Counted from the first letter of the stretch, positions 19,000 to 30,369 are shown. The stretch is DNA of 64,000 nt from Terriglobia bacterium (GCA_963664115.2 CAXWPJ010000009.1:64001-128000), one strand, 5' to 3'. The notes: a model not told the origin generated them from the sequence alone. A program made the numbers and translations.

Positions 19000-19293
19000 A
19001 AGACTCCTTCAGCCTGGGAAGCTCCGTGGAGTTATAAAGTCAGGAGTTGATCGTCAGAAGCAACTTCGGGTGACTCTGCTGCTCATCAGCGCACGACCAT
19101 TAACGCGCAACCTTCAATTGCTCCCGCAAATCGACCCCGTCTCTCACAGAAACTGCCATTGTAACAGCGTTTCGTATCCTCCTGCCGCCTCGCCGCAAAC
19201 CCAATCTGCATAAGGGTTTGCCCTTTTAAACCCTTGACAATACAGGGGCCACCTCTCAGACTTTTCGAATAGGCATCCGAGACAATCAAGAGC

Positions 19294-19821
19294 ATGCAGG
19301 CCACACTCCTACTGAACGCCTCCTACGAACCGCTCCGAATTATTTCGTGGAGAAAGGCATTGACGCTGCTGTTTGCGGGAAAAGTAGAGGTGATCGACGA
19401 GTACGATCACGAGGTCCACAGCGTCACATTTTCGATTAAACTTCCGTCCATCTGCAAGCTGGTCAAGTACGTGCGGGTGAAGAATCGGAACCGCGTTAAG
19501 TTTTCGAGGGCAAATATATACGCGAGGGATGACTACAAGTGCCAGTACTGCGGCAAGCGCTGTCCCACAGAAGACCTGACCTTCGACCACGTCATTCCTG
19601 TTGCACGGGATGGGAAGAAGAACTGGGAAAACATCGTGACCGCATGCTTCAGGTGCAACCACAAAAAGGGCGGACGGACCCCCGCCCAGGCTCGTATGGC
19701 ACTGATTCGCCGCCCGACCGAACCCCGCTGGCTGCCCGCTTACCACATTACGTTCAGGATCAAGTCGCCACCCGAAGCCTGGCGGGACTACCTTTACTGG
19801 AACGTGGAGCTGGATATTTAG
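19294..19821 (+). CDS. HNH endonuclease family protein
   Basis: LLLNASYEPL, RDDYKCQYCG, TFDHVIP, WENIVTACFRCNHKKG; TTGACA-17-CAGACT promoter-like motif at 19234-19262. Confidence 0.92.
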   Translation: MQATLLLNASYEPLRIISWRKALTLLFAGKVEVIDEYDHEVHSVTFSIKLPSICKLVKYVRVKNRNRVKFSRANIYARDDYKCQYCGKRCPTEDLTFDHVIPVARDGKKNWENIVTACFRCNHKKGGRTPAQARMALIRRPTEPRWLPAYHITFRIKSPPEAWRDYLYWNVELDI

Positions 19822-19826
19822 AAATA

Positions 19827-19900
19827 TGAAAAATGGGGTCAGAGCCCTATGTCCCGAATTAGTGGGAAATGGGGACATAGGGCTCTGACCCCATTTTTCA
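19827..19900. repeat. REP/MITE-like element, GGGGTCAGAGCCCTAT family, copy 1
   Basis: Perfect 29-bp inverted repeat TGAAAAATGGGGTCAGAGCCCTATGTCCC with a 16-nt spacer. Confidence 0.9.
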
Positions 19901-19964
19901 ATCCGGCAAGGCAAGGTATCATGGTAGGTGTGGCCCGGTTTCGATACCATCAGCTTCACTAAAG

Positions 19965-20417
19965 ATGTCGCTTTCAGACACCATCCAGTCCGATCTGGTC
20001 GCCGCGATGCGCAGCAAGGAGTCCCTGCGTCTGGGAACGCTCCGCATGATAAAGACAGCCATCAAGAACAAAGAGATCGAAAAGCGCGAGGCACTCTCCG
20101 ATGGAGAAATTCACTCCGTTCTTCAGACGCTGGTGAAGCAACGGCGCGATTCCGCTGAACAGTTCAGAAAAGGGGATCGTGAGGAGATGGCCGAAAACGA
20201 AGAGACCGAGATCGGATTCATAGAAATGTATCTTCCTGCCGCCGCGACCGAAGTAGAAATCCGGACGGCTATCGCCGCTGCGATCGAAGAAACCGGCGCC
20301 GAAAGTCCCAGAGATATCGGGAAGGTCATGAAAGCGACGAAGGATCACCTGGCTGGAAAGACAGTCGACGGGAAATTTGTCAGCATGCGGGTGAAAGAAG
20401 CCCTACAGTCAGCATGA
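19965..20417 (+). CDS. yqeY: GatB/YqeY domain protein
   Basis: AMRSKE...LRMIK, KQRRDSAEQF, YLP, DIGKVM. Confidence 0.92.
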   Translation: MSLSDTIQSDLVAAMRSKESLRLGTLRMIKTAIKNKEIEKREALSDGEIHSVLQTLVKQRRDSAEQFRKGDREEMAENEETEIGFIEMYLPAAATEVEIRTAIAAAIEETGAESPRDIGKVMKATKDHLAGKTVDGKFVSMRVKEALQSA

Positions 20418-21205
20418 TGGAACACGGACCGGAATTCGACTCCCCTGAAAATCTCCACTCGACGGAATCGGACTCCGGTGACGACATTGCCGCGCGCGCG
20501 CCCGAACCACACACGAGGAAGAGTCAGATTCGGGAATGGATCGAAAGCCTGGCTTTCACGGTGTTGTTCGTCCTGATATTCACGCGGTTTGTTGCCCAGG
20601 CAACTCAGGTTCCGACCGAATCGATGAAGCCCACCATCATGGTGGGCGATCACTTCTTCCTCGACAAACTCGCGTTCCCGGCCAACTATCCCTCGCCGAT
20701 TCGCCCGTATCTACCCGAACGATTTCTGGAGCGCGGCGACATTGTGGCCTTTCGCGCTCCAGCCCAGGGAAACATACCGTTCGTAAAGCGATTAATTGGA
20801 ACGCCGGGCGACGTGATTGAGATCCGCGACAAGCGTGTGTGGATCAACGGGGCCGAAAGCGAGGAACCATACAAAATCCACGTCGACGGAAACGTCTATG
20901 AAGATCATCCGTGGACGCCCCAGGACTATGTAATCCGTGACAACTACGGACCGGTAACCCTACCGGAGGACGCATACTTCGTCATGGGAGACAATCGCGA
21001 CAACAGTAACGATAGTCGTTACTGGGGCTTCATCGGCCGTGAGGACATCATCGGCAAACCCATGTTTATTTACTGGTCCTACGCCAGCGACGCCTATGTG
21101 CCGGGACGACGCACGCTCGGAGAACGCGTCGCAAACTACGCTTCCATCATCGGCCATTTCTTTACACGGACCCGATGGTTTCGTATGGGCATGACGATTG
21201 AGTGA
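20414..21205 (+). CDS. lepB: Signal peptidase I
   Basis: VPTESMKPT (catalytic Ser), FVKRLIG (Lys), MGDNRDNSNDSRYWG. Confidence 0.96.
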   Translation: MMEHGPEFDSPENLHSTESDSGDDIAARAPEPHTRKSQIREWIESLAFTVLFVLIFTRFVAQATQVPTESMKPTIMVGDHFFLDKLAFPANYPSPIRPYLPERFLERGDIVAFRAPAQGNIPFVKRLIGTPGDVIEIRDKRVWINGAESEEPYKIHVDGNVYEDHPWTPQDYVIRDNYGPVTLPEDAYFVMGDNRDNSNDSRYWGFIGREDIIGKPMFIYWSYASDAYVPGRRTLGERVANYASIIGHFFTRTRWFRMGMTIE

Positions 21206-21248
21206 AGAGAGCCACAAATCTTTGAAGCACCAATCCACCACTCATACG

Positions 21249-22121
21249 ATGCAGGTGAGGAAAGCCGTCTTGCCGGCCGCCGGACTCGGCACTCGATTTC
21301 TGCCCGCCACAAAGGCCCAACCCAAAGAAATGCTGCCGCTTGTGGACAAGCCTCTCATCCAGTACGTGATCGAGGAAGCCGTGGGGTCGGGAATCCAGAA
21401 CGTCACGATAGTAACGGGCCGCGGCAAGAACGCCATCGAAGATCATTTCGACGTCTCGTACGAACTGGAAAGTGTTCTCGCTGAACGCGGCAAGGATCAG
21501 GAACTGGAAGAGATACGCCGAATTTCGAACATGCTCGACGTGTCGTACGTGCGCCAGAAACAAGCTCTTGGGCTCGGACACGCTATCAAAATGGCACGGG
21601 ACGTGATTGGCCAAGAACCTTTTGCCGTAATGCTCGGCGACGACATTATCGACGCCGAAGTGCCCTGCTTGAAACAGATGATGTCGCTGTTTGAAAAACT
21701 ACAGTCGTCGATCATCGCAACCTGCGCCGTTCCCGAAACCGAAGTATCGCACTACGGCATCATCCGAGGCTACTCCCTTGATGGCTATGACGGGCGTGTC
21801 TACAGGATCGAAGACGTCGTCGAGAAACCATCCCGTGACGAGGCGCCATCGAACCTGGCGATCATCGGCCGCTATATCCTGACACCAGAAATATTTGATG
21901 CGATCGAAAATACAAGTGCCGGTTCGGGTGGAGAAATCCAGATCACGGATGCCATCCGGCTCCTGCTGGAGCAACAGCCGGTCTATGCGTATATGTTCGA
22001 AGGCAAGCGATACGATGCGGGAGACAAGTTGGGCTTTCTGAAAGCGACCGTCGAGTTCGCGCTGAAGAGAGACGATCTCGGCGGCGATTTCCGTGAATAT
22101 CTTCGGTCTTTAGAGCTGTAG
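21249..22121 (+). CDS. galU: UTP--glucose-1-phosphate uridylyltransferase
   Basis: KAVLPAAGLGTRFLPATKAQPKEMLP, VEKP, GEIQITDA; start could alternatively be 21198. Confidence 0.96.
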   Translation: MQVRKAVLPAAGLGTRFLPATKAQPKEMLPLVDKPLIQYVIEEAVGSGIQNVTIVTGRGKNAIEDHFDVSYELESVLAERGKDQELEEIRRISNMLDVSYVRQKQALGLGHAIKMARDVIGQEPFAVMLGDDIIDAEVPCLKQMMSLFEKLQSSIIATCAVPETEVSHYGIIRGYSLDGYDGRVYRIEDVVEKPSRDEAPSNLAIIGRYILTPEIFDAIENTSAGSGGEIQITDAIRLLLEQQPVYAYMFEGKRYDAGDKLGFLKATVEFALKRDDLGGDFREYLRSLEL

Positions 22122-22174
22122 TGCCCCTCGCAGAAATCTGTAAAGTGAAGCCAGGCGGACGAGAGTCGGAGTGG

Positions 22175-22203
22175 TGCCCCGGTTTCGAAAAACCGGGGCA
22201 TTT
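22175..22203 (+). terminator. Rho-independent terminator after galU
   Basis: TGCCCCGGTTT-CGAA-AAACCGGGGCA followed by TTT. Confidence 0.75.
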
Positions 22204-22430
22204 ACTTCGTGGGGGGAAGTCCGTATCGAAGAATTAATATATATGCGGGACTGCTCTTAAGAATAAACAGTGGTTCGTAATGGGTAGGTTTTTCATGGTG
22301 GGTTCAACATTCATTAGTTCTCCGGCGCCCGGATGCTAATTTCAACGCACGCCAAACATTCCATTCTAGCGGGTCCTCCCGGTTAATAGCAACCTTCGCA
22401 CCACTCTACATCTAGACTATGTCGTAGTTT

Positions 22431-23228
22431 ATGTCGTCAGGAATCCTCTATATTATTGCCACCCCGATCGGGAATCTGGACGATTTCAGTAAGCGGGCAG
22501 CCGCTCTGTTGCAGGATGTTGACGTCATTATTTGTGAAGACACGCGTCATACTCGGGGTTTGCTCCAGCGCTACGATATTCGCCGACCGCTTGAGGCGTA
22601 CCACGACTTTAATGAGACTCCAAAGGCCGAGGCCTTAGTCGAACGGCTCAGGTCCGGACAGAACTTCGCTCTGGTTTCTGACGCAGGCACTCCCACTGTT
22701 TCCGATCCCGGATACAGACTCGTTCGCCTCTGCCGCCAGCAGCACATTCCCGTGATCCCGATACCCGGAACTTCCGCCACCATCGCGGCGCTCTCAGTAT
22801 CGGGACTGCCGACCGACGAATTCTGGTTCGCCGGTTTTCTTCCGTCCAGGAAAGCAGCCAGACGTCGCAGGATAGAGTCTCTCAAGGCTGTGGCCTGTAC
22901 GCTCATTTTTTACGAAGCTCCGCGGCGCATCCGTTCCGCGTTGCAGGATATGCAGGAAATTCTCGGCGACCGTGAAGTCTTCGTGGGGCGGGAAATGACC
23001 AAGTTGCATGAAGAGTATGTATTCGGAAAGATCAGCGAGGTCGCCGACCAGATCGCAGAACGGGGAGAGGCCGTTATCGTTCTCCAGGGAGCCGAGCCAA
23101 CGGAATCGGCCCCCGACGCGGTCGATCTCGAAGCGACTTCCCGGAAAGAGTTGCTGAAGATTGCCGCCCGACGCCTGGGTGTAAGCCGGAAGCAGCTGTA
23201 CGAAGCCCTCTACCGGAAAGAAGAATAG
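22431..23228 (+). CDS. rsmI: 16S rRNA (C1402-2'-O)-methyltransferase
   Basis: ATPIGNL, CEDTR, SDAGTPTVSDPG, FYEAPRR, REMTKLHEE. Confidence 0.96.
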   Translation: MSSGILYIIATPIGNLDDFSKRAAALLQDVDVIICEDTRHTRGLLQRYDIRRPLEAYHDFNETPKAEALVERLRSGQNFALVSDAGTPTVSDPGYRLVRLCRQQHIPVIPIPGTSATIAALSVSGLPTDEFWFAGFLPSRKAARRRRIESLKAVACTLIFYEAPRRIRSALQDMQEILGDREVFVGREMTKLHEEYVFGKISEVADQIAERGEAVIVLQGAEPTESAPDAVDLEATSRKELLKIAARRLGVSRKQLYEALYRKEE

Positions 23229-23324
23229 CGATTCATCGACGACTCCGGTGAGGGCCAGTTCCCGGGAGCCGGGACTTTAATTGACCACAACCCCTTTATT
23301 ATTTATTATTTAGCTAGCATTCTC

Positions 23325-25220
23325 ATGTCCCATTTCTATCGAACTCTCGCGATGCAATCCGACACCAGTCAGCGTCCATTGAATCCTTCAATCGCAAGCC
23401 TCGGGCTGTTTCTATGGGTCGTCATGTTTCCGGCATCCGCCCCGGCCCAGCAAGTGGACTATGAGATCGCCTTCCCGAACGCAGCGCATCACGAGGCGGA
23501 GGTTCAAGTCACATTCCGCGGCGTGCCGGCCGGCGAAGCGCTGGAAGTGCGAATGAGCCGAACATCTCCGGGACGTTACGCACTGCACGAATTTGCTAAG
23601 AACGTCTACAACGTAGAAGCGTTCGACGGTCAGAACAATCCGATAGCCTTCACACGGCCCGATCCGCATCAGTGGGATGTCGCGGACCACGATGGAACCG
23701 TGCGCATCAGCTATACCCTCTTCGGTAACCGTGCCGATGGCACCTACGCCGGGATTGACGAAACTCACGCCCACCTCAACATCCCGGCGACGTTCATGTG
23801 GGCGCGCGGCTTCGAGGAGGCCCCAATTCGCATTCGGTTTGAGAAAGTGCGTCCGGATTGGGAGATCGCCACACAACTGTTCCCTACGTCCGACGACGCT
23901 GTATTTACGGCGCCGGACCTTCCTTATTTTCTGGACAGCCCAAGCGAATTGAGCGCACACGTAGTGCGCGAATGGACGGTTGCCTCGAATGGCGACACCA
24001 CCACGATTCGCCTCGCTGTGCATCATGCAGGCACGGGAAACGAGGTTGACGACTACGCTGAGTTAGCAGAGAAGGTGGTCGCGGAACAGATTGCCGTTTA
24101 TGGCGAGCTGCCGCGGTATGAAACCGGCGCGTACACATTCATCGCCGACTACCTGCCATACGTCAGTCGGGACGGAATGGAGCACCGCAACTCCACTATT
24201 CTCACGAGCAGAAATCCCCTCTCCACAGGCGCACGTGCCAATCTGGGCACGCTGTCGCACGAGTTTTTCCATAGCTGGAACGTCGAACGCATCCGACCAC
24301 AGACGCTGGAGCCTTTCGACCTGGAGGCGGCCAACATGTCGGGTGAATTGTGGTTTGCCGAAGGCTTCACCAGTTACTACGCTCCACTATTCATACGCCG
24401 TGCCGGCATCGCGAACGACGAAGATTACGCAAGCAGCCTCTCCCGGGTGATCGACACGGTGATCAATGCACCGGGACGGGGGTTCTTCTCACCTGTAGAG
24501 ATGAGCATGCAGGCGCCCTTCGTTGATGCGGCCGTCTCCATCGACCCTCAAAACAGCGACAACACATTCCTTTCCTACTACGACTGGGGCAGTGTCATCG
24601 GACTGGGCCTCGATTTGACTCTGCGTACACGCTTTCAAACGACGCTTGATGACTACATGCGGGCCGTGTGATTCGCTCACGGTCAAACCGAACGGCCCTA
24701 CACGCAGGCCGATCTCGAACGCGTCCTCGGCGAAACTGTCGGCGATGCCGGATTCGCTGCGGACTTCTTCCGCCGCTATATTGATGGAACCGAAGTGATG
24801 GACTACGCGGCTCTGCTCGCCAATGGCGGCTATCTTCTCCGTCGGACCAATCCCGGCAATACCTGGCTCGGCGCCAACGTCATCAACCAGACAGGAAACA
24901 CAATCATCGGTGTGCCCCCCATCCTCGGCAGTCCGCTTTATGAAGCCGGCCTCGGAGCGGGAGCGGTCCTGCTGGAAGTGGACGGCAGCCCGATTTCGGG
25001 TGCTGCGTACTTTGAGGGCGTGATTCGCTCACATCGGGTCGGAGATCGTTTGTCGCTGGTCTACGAATTCCGTGGAGAGCGAAAACAAACGGTCCTGGTG
25101 CTCAGCGAAGATCCCGCCCTGGAAGTGCTCACCTATGAAAGAGCCAATCTCGGGGTGACCCCTGCTATGCGTGATTTTCGGGAAAGCTGGCTCGGTTCTA
25201 AGGCAATCGGGCCTAATTGA
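23325..25220 (+). pseudogene. Exported M61 glycyl aminopeptidase with PDZ domain, interrupted by an in-frame TGA at 24669-24671
   Basis: GMEHRNS, SHEFFHSWN, LWFAEGFTSYY; frame continues through DDYMRAV*FAHG...DFFRRYIDG into the PDZ-like ORF 24795-25220. Confidence 0.85.
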
Positions 25221-25302
25221 GGGTTTCTCGTGATTCGTTAACGGAATTACGTTGGCGGCTGGCCCACTCGGACTCGTGAGCTGTCACTTTTAGGTCCTTT
25301 GT

Positions 25303-25351
25303 TTCGTAAACCTTTACGAAGCTTGACCGAGATCCTGACTCGACATACCAT
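25303..25351 (+). promoter_or_regulatory. Sigma70-type promoter with adjacent palindromic operator
   Basis: TTCGTAAA-CC-TTTACGAA (25303-25320) followed by TTGACC-17-TACCAT (25323-25351). Confidence 0.55.
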
Positions 25352-25401
25352 TTACAAATAGAACAAAAATTGGGGGTTTCACCTTGATCTGGAGGAGTTC
25401 G

Positions 25402-26577
25402 ATGGGTACGTCACGCACGGCGGCCGCCTTAACGGTCCTACTCACTCTGCTCGGAGCCGGGACAACGCTGGCGACGGTTGCCAACGCGCAGCTCATACAG
25501 GGAGGATCCGAGGACCAGTCGCCACCGCCGGGAGTCGAGGCTCTGCCGGTGGACATGTGGACCACCGAGAACTTCTATTTCGATGAGGAATACTGGACAG
25601 ACCCGCGTTACGCCCGATGCAATACACCGCGCCAGCTGACCGACATGTGGCGGGCCGGCCGCGTCGGAGGGTGGGGTGACTGCGATCTCGACCGGGACAT
25701 AGCCGACGTTGTCAGCCCTTACGACTACCTGAGCGCCGAAGAACATTACACTGCCTTGCAGGCCGAAGCAGAAGCGGGGGGCGGTCCCACGATACATACG
25801 CGGGAAACCCTGCCAAACTGGGACGGGAACTACCGCCGTGGAGCACAAGCTGAACAGTGAGTATACGGTCGGAACCTCCAGACCGCCACGATGCTTTCGC
25901 TTCTGACTCCCGAGTATCAGGAACGCATGGCTCAAGAGACCTATCACGAAGCCGTGAGTAATTCACCCCAGTGGATGGCCGCGTTCTGCTATCCCGAAGG
26001 ACTCTGGCGCTGGTGGTCTCAGGCCGCCGTTGGTGGGGGTTATGAGGTCTTGATGACTCCGGCTCAGATCCAGTTCTTAAGCGGCACCGCAGACAACTTC
26101 CTGCGCAAGGTTCTCATCGGCCGCGAGCACGTGCAGGCCGGGGTTCCGCAATGGTATGGCGAAACCGTTGGATTCTGGAACGGGGACACGCTCATAGCCT
26201 GGACGGCCAACGTCCAGGGTTGGAAGCTGTCACATTCCATGCCGGAGTACAGCAATGAGTTTGAAGTTATCGAAGTCTTCAGGCCAAATCCGGATGGGAG
26301 CGGATTGATCGTTGAAGCGACATTCTACGATCCTGATGCTTTCGCTCAACCGCTGCATACGGTCACTCCATGGAATAAACGTTTCGAGGCTGACGACCCC
26401 GACAATCGGTACACATTCAAACAGTGCCGGACCCAGAGTACGATCATCAATGGAGCCGACGGACGGCCGACCCAGCTCATCTTTACTGACGAAGGATATG
26501 TGGATTACTTTGGCCGGCCATGGGCGCAGAATTGGGAGAGGCACTTTGAACAAGGCTGGGAGAAACCAACGGATTGA
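25402..26577 (+). pseudogene. Exported hypothetical protein (paralog of 27283-28482), interrupted by an in-frame TGA at 25858-25860
   Basis: GGAGGAG RBS, signal peptide; [15 protein letters not shown] aligns with [16 protein letters not shown] of the paralog; both halves are collinear with it. Confidence 0.85.
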
Positions 26578-26616
26578 CAAAGACGAGCTTGGATATAGAT
26601 ATGAAGGAGAGCAGCT

Positions 26617-27081
26617 ATGAATAATTTATCAGCAAAGACCTGGGTGGTCGCAGCAATTGTCGGCGTCATTTCCATAGGCGTCATGACCACGCCGGCCCTG
26701 TCGCACCACTCTTTCGCGATGTATGACCAGACAATAGAAAAAACCGTCACGGGCAAACTGACGCGGTACGTCCCTGGATCCAACCACGCACAGCTCATCT
26801 TCGCGTTGTTGAATCCCGATGGCAGCGCCGTCATGGAGAATGGCCGCGCTGTTCAATGGGGTGTGGAAACGAGCTCGGCGGCGGCGCTGGCGCGTTCCGG
26901 TGTCACCGTAGATAGTTTTCCTTTGGGCACCATCATTACGGTCACCCTGCACCCACTCAGAGATGGCCGCACCTTCGGAGCCATGACCAACACAGCCGGA
27001 CGGCTCATCGCTTGCGGCATGACCATGCCTGAGGGTGGTTGTACCGTCGAAACAGGCCAAGTCTTTTTGGGTGGAGATTGA
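26617..27081 (+). CDS. DUF6152-like exported protein
   Basis: Signal peptide ending ALS, then HHSFAMYD; NHAQL, WGVE, HPLRDG; AAGGAG RBS. Confidence 0.75.
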   Translation: MNNLSAKTWVVAAIVGVISIGVMTTPALSHHSFAMYDQTIEKTVTGKLTRYVPGSNHAQLIFALLNPDGSAVMENGRAVQWGVETSSAAALARSGVTVDSFPLGTIITVTLHPLRDGRTFGAMTNTAGRLIACGMTMPEGGCTVETGQVFLGGD

Positions 27082-27282
27082 TCCGTTCCAGCGTCACTTT
27101 TTGCCTGATTGGACACGGGTGAGGCTGAACCCATTCCGCATTTTTCTTCCAGGAAGACGCCGCGGCGGCGCGCTGCGGGAAGGGGCGCAGTCCCGCGATC
27201 CCCGCGACGTCGCCATCCGATATTCAATCGACATCGAACTCCGGTAACAACTGGCTTTAAGATATTGAGGGAGGAACTTCAA

Positions 27283-28482
27283 ATGGGTATGTCACACAGG
27301 ACAATATCCTCGATCGCAGTGCTCATGTTGCTTGCCCTTGTGGCAGCAGGAATATTTCTGACTCCCGCCGAAGCGCAGCGCGGACGCGGAGGCTTTGGAC
27401 GCGGCGCAGGCCCTGCAGTCGATCCCGGACCACCCGCAGGCATGGAACCACTTCCGGTCGACTTGTTTACGACCGAGAATTTCTATTTCGACAGAGAGTA
27501 CTGGACGGACCCACGGTATACGCGCTGTAACACGCCGCGCCAGTTGACAGACATGTGGCGGGCCGGCAGGGAAGGCCATTGGGGCGATTGCGCTCTGGAC
27601 CGTAACATCGCCGACATTGTGAGCCCACACGACTATCAGACGGGGGAGGAGCATTACCGTGCCCTGTTGGCGGAGGCCGCCGCCGCAGGCGGCCCAACGG
27701 AATACACGCGCGAAACTCTGCCGAACTGGGACGGTTGGTACGATAGAGGGGCTCGCGACGAACAGTGGATCTGGGGCCGGAACCTGCAGACCGCCACGAT
27801 GATATCCCTGCTGACTCCTGAATACGCCAAGAGGATGACGCAGCAGAACTACCACGAGGGAGTGAGCAATTCTCCACAGTGGATGGCTTCGTTCTGCTAT
27901 CCCGAGGGTTTCATGCGTTGGTGGGCGCAAGCCTCACTCGGTGGTCCCATCGAGGTCATGGTGACGCCGGATAGGGTTCAGTTTCTAAGTGGTCAGGCGG
28001 ACAATTTTCTCCGGAGAGTGCTGATCGGCCAAGATCATGTGCAACAGGTTCCCCAGTGGTTCGGTGAAACAGTCGGGTTCTGGAACGGCGACACTTTGGT
28101 CGCCTGGACGGCCAACGTCCAGGGATGGACCATTTCGCATTCGATGTTCGAATACAGCGGTGAGCTCGAGGCCGTGGAAGTGATCCGACCCAACCCCGAC
28201 GGAACGGGACTCCTAGTAGAAGCGACCTTTTACGATCCGGAGGCTTTTCGGCAGCCCCTTCATACGGTAACGCCATGGATCCTCCGGTCCCGCCTCGACG
28301 ATCCCGAAACGAGATACGAGTTCAATCAGTGTCGGGTCCAGAGCACGATTGTCAATGGTCCTGACGGTCGACCCACCCAGCTCATTTTCATCGATGACGG
28401 TTATGTCGATTACTTCGGTCGACCCTGGGCCCAGAACTGGGAAGAGCATTTCGAACAAGGCTGGGAGCGTCCCACCGATTGA
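27283..28482 (+). CDS. Exported Trp/Cys-rich hypothetical protein (DUF6152-associated type)
   Basis: GGAGG RBS, AEA signal-peptide cleavage, [30 protein letters not shown]; intact paralog of 25402-26577. Confidence 0.85.
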   Translation: MGMSHRTISSIAVLMLLALVAAGIFLTPAEAQRGRGGFGRGAGPAVDPGPPAGMEPLPVDLFTTENFYFDREYWTDPRYTRCNTPRQLTDMWRAGREGHWGDCALDRNIADIVSPHDYQTGEEHYRALLAEAAAAGGPTEYTRETLPNWDGWYDRGARDEQWIWGRNLQTATMISLLTPEYAKRMTQQNYHEGVSNSPQWMASFCYPEGFMRWWAQASLGGPIEVMVTPDRVQFLSGQADNFLRRVLIGQDHVQQVPQWFGETVGFWNGDTLVAWTANVQGWTISHSMFEYSGELEAVEVIRPNPDGTGLLVEATFYDPEAFRQPLHTVTPWILRSRLDDPETRYEFNQCRVQSTIVNGPDGRPTQLIFIDDGYVDYFGRPWAQNWEEHFEQGWERPTD

Positions 28483-28521
28483 AGACGCGCCTCTCCCTCG
28501 GACTGACGCAAGGAAACGGGT

Positions 28522-28737
28522 ATGCGCTATATCGAGTTCAAAGAGGCCATCGGTGAGGCGCTCCGCCGAAATACCGACGGTCTGACTTGGGCCGAGTTGC
28601 GAGAACGCCTGGAACGGCAATACAAACGTCCGTGTCCGACCTGGACCCGGAATCTCGAGCGTGAGATCGGCCTGTCCCGCAAAAAAGGGTCAGGCCGCGC
28701 GCTCGTATGGCGCGTGCCTGGCTCACACCCTGCCTGA
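28522..28737 (+). CDS. Small hypothetical protein, possible winged-helix fold
   Basis: AAGGA RBS; GLTWAELRERL...PCPTW...LEREIGL...LVW pattern; fills the gap between convergent genes. Confidence 0.6.
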   Translation: MRYIEFKEAIGEALRRNTDGLTWAELRERLERQYKRPCPTWTRNLEREIGLSRKKGSGRALVWRVPGSHPA

Positions 28738-28766
28738 TATCCCCATTCCAGAGGAACGTCAAGCGG

Positions 28767-29660
28767 CTACTGCCCGAGGTAGTATTCGCCGGTCGTGTCG
28801 TCCGCGTAGGGATTCCGGAAAGTCTGATACAGCTCCTTTACGGCGGATTCAGGGTCGCAGTCCCAGGTTCCGATCATATCCTGGTCGGTTCGTTCCAGTG
28901 TGCCAACAAAGGTGAACGGCTCTTTCAGAAAGAGAGGATCTTTCACGGTGATGGACAGTTCCATCGTGTCGTTGTCGATGAGTTGGTAACGCTCTACCCA
29001 TGTGGCCATATGCGACCGGGCCACGTGCGAATGGTCATCGTAACCATCGGGATCCCAAGTGAAGTTAGTGGTTTCGACAACCAGCGTGTTTCCGTCCATC
29101 CAGCCGACGGGATGGCCGTGAGAATAAGAGAGCGCTGCAGGCGGGTGCTGCCGACCGTCCATCCACACCTCGCGGATCCAGTTGGACTGTTCGAAGTGCA
29201 TCACGAAGGCATCCGGCCTTTTGGAAAAACCGCGCAGGTAGCCTTCGGTCAACTGGGTTCCCAGGCTCGCCATCTGACAGGTCCATCGCGGAGACACCGC
29301 ATCATCCCCGTTTATAAACTCCATCCAGGCGCGACCTCTCCCGTTCAGGAACTGTTCCAATTGATCGATCGGCCACTGGCACAGTGGCGCCGGGTTTTCG
29401 ACCGTTCCTCCCTGACCCAATCCTGCGACCAAAGGGTTTCCATAGGAATCGGTTCCGGAGCCACAACTCTGACGGGGAGTCCGCCAGTCCCAGGTTCCAA
29501 TGAAGTTGTTCGGCACCTCAGAGATCGTGGGCACGCGAGTCAGATCAAACACTTGTGCTGAGGCGTCCTGGGAGCCAACGATCATGCAGATAAGGACCGC
29601 AAGGCAAATCACAGCCGCTCGGGATGCCCTTCGGTATAGATCTCTTCTAGTACTCTCCAT
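28767..29660 (-). CDS. Exported hypothetical protein, distant relative of the 25402/27283 pair
   Basis: AAGGAG RBS, ASA signal peptide, REVWMDGRQHP, GHPVGWMDGNTLVVETTNF, DPLFLKEP, WDC. Confidence 0.82.
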   Translation of the reverse strand: MESTRRDLYRRASRAAVICLAVLICMIVGSQDASAQVFDLTRVPTISEVPNNFIGTWDWRTPRQSCGSGTDSYGNPLVAGLGQGGTVENPAPLCQWPIDQLEQFLNGRGRAWMEFINGDDAVSPRWTCQMASLGTQLTEGYLRGFSKRPDAFVMHFEQSNWIREVWMDGRQHPPAALSYSHGHPVGWMDGNTLVVETTNFTWDPDGYDDHSHVARSHMATWVERYQLIDNDTMELSITVKDPLFLKEPFTFVGTLERTDQDMIGTWDCDPESAVKELYQTFRNPYADDTTGEYYLGQ

Positions 29661-29814
29661 TGTTATCTACTCCTTACTCAGGCTAGGGAAACGGGTCGGT
29701 ATGCGTGTGGCAGGCCGAGTGGCGATCGCCTCTGTCCTCTGGCCCGACGAAGCCGTTTATATCAGTCCAATTTCTGGGTTTCAATGCAAGCTGACACACA
29801 CCCGGATCATCGTC

Positions 29815-30369
29815 CTAGCGCACTCCCTCATCGCCCGTAGGCACACTGGCCGGCGGCACAACGCCGTTCATCCGGGCGTAAACCACCATTTGCCCATAAT
29901 GATTGAAGCTGTGGTAAGCAATTCCTGCTGCGACGTCCACACGCGGACTTGGACCAAAGACCGAGCCCACCGGTTCCATGTGGTTTTCCATGGTCAACGA
30001 CGCCATTGCCCTCCGGGCATAGGCAAGCGAGCCCTTGAGAAACGCGATGACCTCATCCTTGGACTGAACGTTGTCGGGACCATTATTATGGGTTCCGGGT
30101 CCGTGCGGTGATTCCTCTTCCATCACAAGTGCAGCCGTCATGTAGATCATCGTTGCGAGGTGCCGCACCTGCTCACCGAAAGTTCGGACACCTTCGAACT
30201 CGCCGTCCGTCGGCAAAAACTCATAGCGATCGGCAGGCATCGCCTCGGCCAGGGACAGCACGTCGTTTTCGACGAGCGTCACCTGGTGCGCGTACATCTC
30301 GGCGACGGGGTCCTGGGCCATGAGGGTCCCCGTACCCAGCAACATCACAACCACGATTCGCATCATCAC
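29815..30369 (-). CDS. Exported DinB family protein
   Basis: AEAMPADRY, RTFGEQVRH, HSFNHYGQMVVYARMNGVVPP (His triad). Confidence 0.87.
   Translation of the reverse strand: MMMRIVVVMLLGTGTLMAQDPVAEMYAHQVTLVENDVLSLAEAMPADRYEFLPTDGEFEGVRTFGEQVRHLATMIYMTAALVMEEESPHGPGTHNNGPDNVQSKDEVIAFLKGSLAYARRAMASLTMENHMEPVGSVFGPSPRVDVAAGIAYHSFNHYGQMVVYARMNGVVPPASVPTGDEGVR

Noticed and set aside
19000-19140. Possible riboswitch (ZTP, NiCo, fluoride) or hammerhead CTGATGAG upstream of larE-purD-purE
   Set aside because: Only isolated short words match; the required conserved cores and stems are absent or on the wrong strand
22122-22175. Possible SRP or RNase P RNA near rsmI
   Set aside because: The SRP core (CAGG..GGAA..AGCAG) and rnpB motifs are missing; only a terminator hairpin is supportable
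24669-25860. Genome-wide UGA=Trp genetic code, or selenocysteine at these two TGAs
   Set aside because: TGA ends many genes at their expected C-termini (e.g. flgC, purE, purD); the positions align to Trp rather than Cys, and downstream hairpins are weak
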